This document shows, one piece after another, positions 1-10,517 of a DNA stretch of 64,000 bases (within the stretch, counting starts at the first letter, position 1; the number at the start of each line of letters is the position of its first letter). The translations under genes were made by a program, and so were the position numbers. Origin of the DNA: Oopsacas minuta (Eukaryota > Animalia > Porifera). Below the pieces are notes generated by a model that was given only the letters and a program-made list of their open reading frames with translations, had not been told where the DNA came from and did no database searches. Where the stretch lies: contig JAKMXF010000296.1 in assembly GCA_024704765.1 (NCBI GenBank), forward strand, positions 5,725 through 69,724, in the 5' to 3' direction.

Positions 1-283
1 TGGGTCCGAATCCTTAATTTGACTAATTTTTGTCCTTCAGAATTTTATCAGCTGATGTATTTATCCATGTGAAAAATATTTGAACCCGATCTATTTTAGT
101 TCATGAATGCACAATTCGGTGTGAAAAGACAGAAATAATAACACATATTGTAACTATGACAACGATATGCCAAACAAATTCAGAAAAGTATCAATAGAGC
201 CATTGTTTGCAGACTGTATTATATTTTTCACTACTCACATCAAACCTAACAACTCCATTTTCATATTTTAGCTTATTATTTTC

Positions 284-2470
284 ATGGCAACACCAATTCT
301 GATATTTCTTTCTCTTCTGATTCTAAAACTACCAATGAGTTATGGGAGCATGGTGACGACAATTCTCAATCTAACAACACATCCAGCTCATCCATTGATA
401 TTGAAACGTTTAGCTCTCAGTCTTTTAATTCTCCAGGTTCTTCCCAACAATTGACACCAGGCATAGCGTCTCCTATGACAGTATTGAACCTCTCTTCCCA
501 GGAATCTGAATTTTTCTTCCCCCCAATGTCGAGCACTCCTATCCCACCGCGAAAACGAGGACGACCTTCGAAAGGCTCAAAGTTCCGAGGAAATCAATAT
601 ACAAAATCTATTCACGAAACTGACGAGATTTCCTCACTCGATAACTCAATTCTACCTTCACCTACTAGAACCTCTGTGAAACGTGAAGACTGTCATTCCT
701 CGCCGTGGCTATACATCACGAATATCCGCTCTTATCTATCAATCGAAACGTGACGTAACTTTCGAATGTAACAACACCACAAAACATATAAAAGCTTCTA
801 AACCATCTGGAATGAGGATACTTGATATCGGCATAATTGCAGAAGCCATGACGAAGATAGCATGCAGTCAATGTCACACTGGATACTTATTATTATTCGA
901 ATCTGATTTTCAACATGGATGGCAAACAGATTTCTACCTAAAATGCTCTCATTGTAACCACCAATTTGCCGATTTCCCTTCATCTAAACCTATGGACGTT
1001 CCATTTTTGAAAGAACAAAATTCGTAAATGTTCCACTTCCAAAACGAGAACAAAACGAAGTAGCAATGAGCTCTATCCTAGCTGTACACTGTTCAGGACT
1101 TTCATGGAGAGATCTACACAAATTCTCAACCATATTCGATATGGTACGATATCCATAAACCGAATTGTAAGAAAAACTATAGCGGATCTAGTCAGTCAAT
1201 GGAGCCAGCAGCAGCAAAAATGATTTGGAGTCGGTCATCTGAAAAGAGAAAACTATGCTCCATAACTTTTATCGGGGATGGAGACTCGAAATCATACAGC
1301 GAAATCTTGCAACTGAATCCCTATGACTCTATTCCCATCCACAAAGAGGAATGTACCACTCACGTTTCGAAACGACTAAAGAAGACTTTGTGTAAGATCA
1401 AGAAGAACACTGCCAACAAGTCTTATGTTCAGTGCAAACTTTCTGAACCCAAAGCTGACTATATCTCTTCAACCTATTCTGCCGTTATCTTTCAAACAGG
1501 GGCAAATCAACTGCTGAGTTGTGTAAAGCTATTTCTATCATTCTGGACCATGTTTGCGGTAATCATTCCAACTGCCCAGAAGACACATGGTGCCGATGGC
1601 GACAATCTTCATCCTCAGCAAAACCACCACCCCCTCCAATACCAACTACACACCTGTTGAACAAGCCAAAATTCGAGAAGTATTCCAAACATACGCTTCG
1701 AAAGAGTTTTGCAGCCACCTAACTCTTGGGCTGACTCAAAATGCCAACGAGTCACTACACAACGTTATCTGGAACTTTGTCCGAAGGCTAAGTATGTTTC
1801 CCCTCAAAGTCTTAGAATCTCAAAAGCCATCGCAGTTTCGATTTTCAATGAGGGCGAACTATGTCTATATGGTTTTATGCGTGATCTAAATCTAAAACCT
1901 TCTCCTCTCTCCTTTAGATCAGTCTGCCTGCGTGAAGAAGTGAGAAAGAGACACCGAAACTATATCAAGAAAGTGAACGTACACTGACGAACACGCAGAC
2001 AGAAACTAATCAAGCTCCGGCATGAAAGGGATCTTCTCAGACAAGAAGGTGGACGTAGCTACAAGTCCAGTGGCTTTAGTGCTGAAACCTTCAGCAAGCC
2101 ATCAAAACCCCTTCAAGTTCGAGGACAAAGAAGACCTAGAAGAAGCACATCTTCCCGAGGGACTACCAGCAGAGGCAAAGTTGTGAAACGATGTCTCATT
2201 CCAACAAGGGACTCTGATGATTCTGAAGACTCAACCACTACTTCCGACAATTCTCTAGCTGATAATGAAGTCGATACTATCCCAAAAGAAACCTGCGTTA
2301 TACGCCAACTCACACACCCTCCATCTCAAAGACAACAAGCCATATCTATTTGGGCTAGGGTGAAATGGCTAAGATGTACCCGATGCGACCGATCATTCCA
2401 CCAGCGATGCACAGAACTGGACAGGGGGGCTGAGGATAGTTCTTTCATCTGTTTTAGTTGTTTAACCTGA
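284..2470 (+). pseudogene. Frameshifted, internally deleted DDE transposase with AT-hook, CxxC zinc motif and C-terminal PHD-like finger
   Basis: ORF pieces give RKRGRP (AT-hook), CSQCH..CSHC, CKKNYSGSSQSME, FIGDGDSK, EECTTHVSKRL, TQNANESLHNVIW, then WLRCTRCDRSFHQRC..FICFSC. There are several frameshifts and a stop at ~1985. The segment expected to hold the first catalytic Asp is missing near 1143. Confidence 0.85.
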
Positions 2471-2493
2471 TATATTCCCTAAATTATGCACAT

Positions 2494-2670
2494 TGATCGA
2501 CCAACTAATAGCATTTTTATTTTTTTGGCCGCATGACGGATATTGTCCCGATATAGATTTTTTGAAATCTATTGGTTGATCACTTGATAATCTCCATGAT
2601 ATACCCCCGTCTTGATTGGAGATTATCACATCTTTTGACTGATTTTTTATTGTTTGTTATCAGTCAAAAG
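2494..2670 (+). other. Run of stem-loops in the transposase 3' UTR
   Basis: TGATCGACCAA (2494-2504) pairs with TTGGTTGATCA (2572-2582). TGATAATCTCCA (2585-2596) pairs with TGGAGATTATCA (2617-2628). CTTTTGACTGAT (2632-2643) pairs with ATCAGTCAAAAG (2659-2670). Confidence 0.6.
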
Positions 2671-2675
2671 CAAGA

Positions 2676-2732
2676 TGGTGTCTTAAGACAAGGCGTAGCT
2701 TGACTGATGAGTCCTAGCGGGACGAAACACCA
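2676..2732 (+). ncRNA. Type III hammerhead ribozyme
   Basis: Stem III UGGUGU (2676-81)/ACACCA (2727-32). GUC cleavage triplet with C at 2682. Stem I UUAAG (2683-87)/CUUGA (2699-2703). Core CUGAUGA (2704-10). Stem II GUCC(U)/(G)GGAC (2711-23). GAAA (2724-27). All conserved core positions are present. Confidence 0.93.
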
Positions 2733-4356
2733 CTATAATATGTATATATTCAAAAAATATATTTTATGAATCTTTAACTTCAATTGTCTCAAAACTATGT
2801 TTTTCGCCATATGGGCCAATTACTTTTGAAAAAGACTGTTTCTTTTGCTCTGAAAATTTAGGGGAAGTATTTATACAATGTTATTTGAAATCTGGACCAC
2901 ATTTGGAATGAATGAACGAATAATTCTCATGATATCACACCCTAAGACCGGTTTTTAGCCTATTTTTGCCAGACCCCACATCAAACGTTAATACCTTCTC
3001 TCCAGAAATTAGAACTACATATTGTTAGCATATATAACAATTTATAGGTCTTAGGCAATAGTCTTCTTCAAAAGTAATTGGGTAATATGTCCCGAACTTT
3101 AATGTTACGTCTACTGGAGGACTTTTGTCCCCCCCCTTTTCATGCCCAATTCGTAATACACACTAGATACATCGGGGTTTATTATTATTATTATCTCATA
3201 GTTTGGCCAATGCAAACGAGCTGGAAAACAATAAACATGTATAATGGCATATACTTTAGAAAATAGCCCATACCGTAATACAAAGTTCGCGGTGAGTTCA
3301 TCGAAATTCCTGGAGATTAACCGTAACACTTACGGAGATCTATGATTTTCACGGATCATTTCAAATCTCACCCTGAGTCTAATCCGGCCCTACGTACAAC
3401 AGTGGAGAACTTAATAATTAAGATGTCTATGATATGCTTAGATTCTGATTTGTAAAAGGCTGCATATTTTTCCACTTTTGTTGTTGACTAAAACATGTGT
3501 GCAACAATAAGTGTGAGTGCTATAACTAGTGAAAGTTTCATTAACTGAGGTGTAATATGTCTTGAGCTAGTTTATACAAATACAAAATGTGTTATATTTT
3601 TCAGGCGAATAAATATTCTTATGTTATGAATTGATAGTGTTGGACAGATGCAAGTACATTTTGGACGATGAATCAGGGCTCCTGATCTAAAACATATTAT
3701 AACTATCAATTTTCAAGATTTCATTGATATTCAATAAATTAATGTATTCGTACATACAAGTATACAAAGTAGCGTATTTCTATTTTCAATTTGAATACTT
3801 AAAACTCTTTCTTTTTGTACAATATTGCGTGGCACTTGGTAATCATGCTTCCAAAGTCCGAACACATGCCCAAGCCACGCTAGTGGTAGTTAAATTGAAT
3901 GAAAAAGTATATATTCATAATATTATTTGGTATCTGTTCTTCTCTTTCTGAAATTCTCTCATCAATGGGAAACCTCATATTGTTTAAACCTTTATGAGCT
4001 CTTCACTCATCCATATTTTACCAAGAAACATATCTTAGATTTCCCTCAATCGTTGAACAATAGGCAAAGTGTAAATATATAAAACGTATATTGTTACTTT
4101 AAATAGAGTAATTTATTTGGAAATTTTTGACTTTTTATTGAAATTTGATTCTTCAAGATGGGATGTTGTTTTGGTAATCAGAAAAGTGTAAGTAATATTT
4201 TAGGTATGACATCTGTCCAATGTAGGATTTTTCAATGTATTTGTGGCCTTAGTGCACTATCCAATTTTCTATTCAATTAATGCATTTTGTTTCACATACT
4301 ATATATTCAAGCAGAAATTAATCTTACGGCGAACGTATTGTTGTTAATTAGATACA

Positions 4357-6481
4357 CAGGGCCGTAGGAAGCTGTTCAACTGTGGTCAGGCCATAAGGCC
4401 TAATCAAGGTTGGGTTTCAGCAGAGCCGGATTAAGCAGTTCCGAGGCCCTGGGCTAAATATTCAATGAGGCCCTCGAACCCTTTTACCCCTGAAATTTAT
4501 ACAGGAGTAAATTTGTTAAATGTATTTCACTAAAGTTTTGTAGAATTATTTATAGTCTAAAATTGCATGACATCCATCAAAAATTAAATTTTCGAGACTT
4601 CATTTCAACAAATGTCCTTAGTACATCCTCAAATTCAACTTTTTTGAGTATTTCGCTTTCATGTGACATAAGAGATAGGTAATTAAGTCTTTCCTGTTTC
4701 ATACAAGTTCTCTTTTCATTTAAAATAAGTCTCAGCTTTGAAAATGAGCGTTCTCCTGTTGCATTAGTTATCATCAGTGACAAATATATACGCATCATAA
4801 TTTCGACATTCGGAAATGTTGATACTAGTTGATAGTCAAATAGGATGTCATAAATTTGTTGTACTGATACTAGGTCACAACTCTTGATTTCAAGATCCAC
4901 GAAGTGACAAAAGTGCTTGTATTTCTCTGAAAATTCTTTCTCTAAGTCCGATCGGTATTCTTGTTTTAACCGTTCATATGCTAGTTCAATATCTTTTTCT
5001 GATATATGTCTGAATTCATAGAGAAAGCCAAATAAATTATAGACCTGCTCATATGCTTCGATGCGTGTTTTGAGTGCTACTGATAAGTTATCTAAAATGA
5101 GTAAGAACGAATCTACCCTGAATCAGACTCATATTCTTTCTTGTTAGGATCAATTTTCTGCAAATCTATACCAACTTCCAGCAATTTATGTTGATTTTCA
5201 TTCACAGGAAACTAACAATTTGTGATATTTCACTTCTTTCGTTTTTTCCTGAAGCAACATCAACAACGTCTGTAACTGTAATTTCTCTAGGCATACGTGA
5301 AAACCCAAGATCCTATATCTTTGGTGTTTGGCGAATAATTAATTCGTTTTCCTTTCTTTTCTCTTCCTGTTTCTTGTGCTTGGCTGCACCACTTTCATGA
5401 CGCTTTTCACGCTCTCAGCCATAAGTTAAATAATAACTAAAATTCAGAAATCTTACTAATAAATAACAGAATAAAAGTTGCAATTATGTACAAGAATACC
5501 ATCTTCTCCCCTAGGTCGAAACCGCAGGTAAGAAACAGGAATGATTTTTCAACAACTCAAGTACTGATGAACAATGACCGTTGATTTTACACACAGTACT
5601 GAAATGGTTTCTTAGCTTGAAGGTGGCAACCACTGTTATCGAATACCCAGGGCTCGATTAAGCTAGATGGGGTCTGAGACACAGCTGAATTTGGGGCCAG
5701 GAGGCCTGTGCCTCATGGTTATTCGGGCACTGCGAATACCTTAAGCTGGAATTCAGAGACCCCCTTTTGTCTCGAGGCCCTGGGCTGCAGCCCAGTTAGC
5801 CCATTGGATAATCTGGCTCTGGGTTTCAGAGAACCTTACCGGGGAAGTTTTGAAACAAAATGCCTTGAAATAGCTCATTGACTACCTGGTATAATACATT
5901 TCCACATTATTTCAGATTAAACAAATCATTTTGATTTTCAGACATACTGACAAATAATAAAGTATCATGGAAATAATGATTGTAACTATAAAATACATTA
6001 CAATTAAATGATTATTGTAGCATCATTCCTTTTTCAATCAGAAGATACTAAGATATGTATAAAATAGGCAAGCATTTGGAGGTAAATGGATGAGGCAATC
6101 CTTCTCTTATGCTATATACAATTTTTGGTGAGTGAGGGTGAAGATAATTCTCTCAAATTATAGAAATTTTATGTTAACTTATCTTACATTATTATTTGCT
6201 AGAGGCCAGACCAAAGTTTATCCGGTGTCCAATCGAATAGCAAATAGTAGAAGCACACCCGGCGAATATCCAACACATTTATTTAATCATTCAAAACTAT
6301 GGTTCTTGTAAGTCAAGGCTGTGGAGGTGGTACAGAGAAAAAGTATAAAATATTAATATATGCAGTGATTTTAATACTGGCCAATTTGCATAGTAAAAAT
6401 CCATCAGTTTGGAGCGAATTGGTAGGGTGTTACTTTTCTGAAAGTGGTCAGGCCATGGCCTGACCACTTCCTACAACCATG
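4357..6481. mobile_element. Non-autonomous hAT-like element carrying a nested hAT
   Basis: Left end CAGGGCCGTAGGAAG..TGGTCAGGCC. Right end GGCCTGACCACTTCCTACAACCATG is a degenerate inverted copy. TSD is not clean. Confidence 0.55.
4421..5821 (-). mobile_element. hAT deletion derivative (transposase N-terminus joined to dimerization domain)
   Basis: TIRs CAGAGCCGGATTA / TAATCTGGCTCTG with perfect 8-bp TSD GGTTTCAG (4413-20, 5822-29). Minus strand has KRHESGAAKHKK (N-terminus, ~5400) and FPNV..TNATGERSFSKL (hAT dimerization domain, 4577-4900). Confidence 0.9.
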
Positions 6482-8654
6482 ATACAGCATGACAAATGGA
6501 CACTTCGTCGACGGACATTTCGTCGAATAAAAATTTCTTCGGATGTCCAAACTTGCTGGAGATGTTGTTGGGATTCTGGGCTACCCTACGGTTTGTTGAT
6601 AGGGAATTTATAGTGATATCTCGCTGTTGATATGACGACATTTTAATCGAATTAGTGAATTACAATGTATTAATAGGATATGTGTATCTTGGTCACTAAT
6701 TCGATAGTAAATCTGAATTACAATATAATTCAGATAGGTCTGGAGAATAATATGTATTGTTTTTCCTCGGGGCAAGTTGTACATAGTATTTTTCCGCGGG
6801 GAAAATTACTATAAGCGACATATACCATATGGCACCGACAATAATAAAATAGTTTTGCAGAAAATGGTCCTCCCTACGAAACTGGCCCGGCCGGACCAAT
6901 TTCATATTCCATTCAGAACTTGGTTCCCCTACTTCTACATGCAAATTTTGATCAGTAAGGATCACATAGCACTTTTTAGTATGACTAATTCTCCATTTCT
7001 TGCATGGCTTAGCATTCAGATTCTTTTGCATTAATGTTGGACGCGAAATTAGATGTAGTCCAGTTGTACAAATCGTAATGTCATGAATAGTATGTAGGCC
7101 GTCTCCATGTAATACGTACTAAGTTGCTAATGCTATAGAATCTATAAATTATAGAGATAGAATGTAATATTACAATTTTATCTGACATTTCGCTTTACTA
7201 CTTTATTTTTACTATTTTATATACCGGTGTTTCTTAAACAACTGACAACTTAATGGATCCCACAGAGTACAAAACGATAGAAGATTATCAGTTTCCATCA
7301 TATCCCATGAATTCAACAAAAATACAAAAGTTTATTACGTATGTTAGCCTCAAATTACACTATCAATTCAATCCAACTTGTTAAACCATCTGGTAGTACC
7401 TTTTTAATTAATATTATAGCTGAAAAGTACCTGATATTCTAAAAGAATTCATGATAATTCAGGGCACCAATGTTTCCGCTACTCTTACCGCATAGCAAAC
7501 GAGAGATATTACTGGCCGAAAGGGTACACGGAAATTGGAGAATATGTACAGCACTGTATACCTAAGTTGTATAATACGCGTATAACATACAATACATATT
7601 AAACATATAATACGTTATATGAGATCTATTTTAACGTATCATACGTCTAGATTAACCCCCAAATATGAGATTTTGACATTGTTAGACTTGTATAAATTAC
7701 ATTAATATCAAGTATTATATAATTTGGTTAACTATGCTTAGATTTATCATTAAAATTCTAGAACTTCTGTTTTAATGAAAAATATTTATTGCAGAAATCA
7801 GCATAATAGAAGTTACGTCACAAAATTGTAGATTGAACGTAGAATACGTATTACGTCTTTATTGAAAGAAGTATATTAAACACCTTAGCTGTATACCATG
7901 TCAAAGAACAAGCCTAGCATAAAAGCACCTACTATCTCCCTCCAACTAGTAAACCGATTCATTTATCGTATGGGGTAGATCTCGTTAACTGGCCTAAATA
8001 TTAGATTGAAATGTCTATAAAATTGTTAACTTGAATACTATATCTTAGCTAGTACATTTCCGATTTATTCTGGAAAGAACTCGTGTTTGCATGGGGATAA
8101 ACAAGATTACGTATATACATTAGAAAGTCGGAAAATTGTTTCAAACAATAACATGCATCCGTTTGGGCCAATCAACCGAATTCCCATTTAATAGAATTTC
8201 GTTTATCCACATGCAAACGAGTTGCCTTCAGGATTGTTCATAAGATATAGAGAATATAGACTATTCAAATTAACAATTTTAATTTTAGCAAAAAATATTA
8301 TGATCAGTTACGGAACAACAAATTCGCTTGGAGAAAAATTGTCCTGAGGTATTTTGTTATGTCATCAGATTGCACTAGAGACAGGGGTCACTTGGGAGAG
8401 GTACTAATCCATTGGTGACTTCATAGAAAAAAGGAATTTTTGGATATACCCACCACCCAGGAGGCCAACCTAGAAATAGTTGACCGATAGTCAGATGATG
8501 GGCCCAATTTTAAGTGCTTGAAGTACCTGGTACTTCCATGATCTGTGTTTAACTTAAAATACATGGTAATTAATTTCCATATGCTATTCAGGGTTAGTTC
8601 CGAATAACGCTGTATAATAAACACAAAGTAAAGTGTATTCCGGATTATTTATCA

Positions 8655-9275
8655 CTAGCGCGCTTCGATTGCAGGGGCGCTGTGCGACAGCTTAGTGCCT
8701 CAGGTTAGATTAATATCAAATAGATAAATGTTTTGGTCAATAGGCGACGGGATAAACTGGGCACTTCGTACCTTGGGTGTATATGATAGCAGAAAATTTA
8801 AGATTTTATTATCCATGGCCCATCCAAATTACATTCAATGGCCTTATGTGGTGACCCTGGAGATGCCATGTCGCTGTTGGTTAGTAATCTCGGCACTTCG
8901 TCCCTCGTGTGTTAAGAATTAAAAAATTTTATTTGGTACAGTCACGATGACGTACTAATCCCATGTTGACTTAGCTTATGGTAAGAATCATGGAGTCAGG
9001 ACATTTGTCATATTGAGGGGTACTTGTGATTCTAATTTCATTAGATGAATCCCGACCATAACTTCTATCATGTATATTGGCTGTGGATAATAATGTGATT
9101 TTTCGAAAATCCAAAAAGGTGATAATGACGTCATAATTTTGTCATAGGAGTGAATTTTCGTCCAAGACTCTTATTTGTCTGAGCCAGGCCCAAAATACCC
9201 CTTGTATGCCAATAATCATCCCTGGGATCTTCCAGTTTCTTCAAACATACAAACATATATATACATATACATATA
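8655..9275 (-). mobile_element. Helitron-like non-autonomous repeat, family B
   Basis: On the minus strand it ends in a GC-rich short hairpin followed by CTAG|T. The same internal sequence recurs at ~25500-26090, ~42180-42665 and (opposite orientation) ~52087-52510. Confidence 0.5.
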
Positions 9276-9369
9276 CGAGGATCAGTCCAAAAGTTTTGTC
9301 GTACACAAAAAATATAATAACAAATTTAATCAAACTTTCACAGTTTCTTAAAGTAACGACCAAAACAAT

Positions 9370-10399
9370 CTATGCAAAGTTGTATACGATGAAACCAACT
9401 GTCGAAACAATTATGCCATTTTTCCTCTGGCAGGCTCCAAAGGGCCCTTCAAATGCCAGACGAGCCTCTTCAGGATTCTCAAACCTTATTCCACGGATCT
9501 TTTCCTTGATTGTTGAGAACAAGAAAAAGTCGCATGGAGCTAAATCTGGACTGTAAGGTGGATGCGATACCAACTGGACCGAATTTTCAGCCAGGAAGTC
9601 CAATGTTTTGCCTTCCGTGTGTGCAGATACATTATCGTGGTGAAGGAGAAGTCCTCTGATACCGGTCTTAGGGCGACGAGAACTCCAAGCTTCCAATGCC
9701 TTGGGTAGGCAATTGTTAATGTACCAATCAGCATTGACGGTACGACGATCCTCGAGAGGAATTATTGCTATTGGGCCAGTCTTACAGAAAAAAGCAGCCA
9801 CCATCTTCTTCCCAACGCTGCGAGCCCGGCGAAATTTAACAGGGAGATCTTCGGCAGGAAACACCCAGATTAAAGATTGCTGCTTTGTTTCCGGATCGTA
9901 CCGATAGATCCATGTCTCATCACATGTTAGTATGTCGTAAACTCGTTTAGACTCTCCTCCTGTAAATTTCTTTGAGCATAAACTTGCACCATTCTACCCT
10001 TGCCTCTAATTGCATTTCAGAGAGATTATGAGGGATCCATCGGGCCACAAGCCTTCTGACACCAAGATAATCATGTAGAATAGTATTGATGGCGGCTTTC
10101 CCGATCATTAGGGTCTCAGCAAACTGCTCATAGTTAATGCGTCTATCCTCTCTGATTAATGTCCTGGCAGCAGCAATAGTCTTTGGAGTGAAGGCGGTTG
10201 AAGGTCGCCCAGACCTAGCTTCATCTTGTAGTGACGTTCTCTCCCTCCTGAAATTTAGATATCAGCGCTCCACTGTACACTTAGATGGCGCTTGATCTTG
10301 GAAAGCTTCCACCAAGTTATCATGACTCTGCTCAACTGATATCTTACGCATAAAGTCATAAAACATCATAGCTCAAAAATCCCTTCTTTCCAGTTCCAT
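9370..10399 (-). pseudogene. mariner DD34D transposase, multiple stops and frameshifts
   Basis: ARWIPH, LLLHHDNVSAH and HPPYSPDLAPCDFFLF motifs. ATG at 10399 with in-frame stops downstream. Confidence 0.9.
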
Positions 10400-10517
10400 T
10401 CAGTAATTATAAAATCTGTATATAGGCTTATGGATAAAATAGCGCTACTCAGAAAATAAGTGTTGAATATAGCTCAAATTAAAAGTAGAGTCATTATATA
10501 TATATCTAAGTATATAG

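Larger units (their letters stand above)
1..3392 (+). mobile_element. GDGDS-type DDE DNA transposon (Pfam Mutator-like / possibly Kolobok-related), left end outside window, right end tentative
   Basis: Contains the decayed transposase at 284-2470. Candidate right terminus ...CCCTGAGTCTAATCCGGCCCTA near 3392. The matching left TIR and TSD are not visible, so boundaries and superfamily are inference. Confidence 0.65.

Noticed and set aside
620-644. CTGACGA..GATA as a second hammerhead core
   Set aside because: Only a 1-bp stem II, GAUA instead of GAAA, no supporting stems I and III, and it lies in coding sequence.
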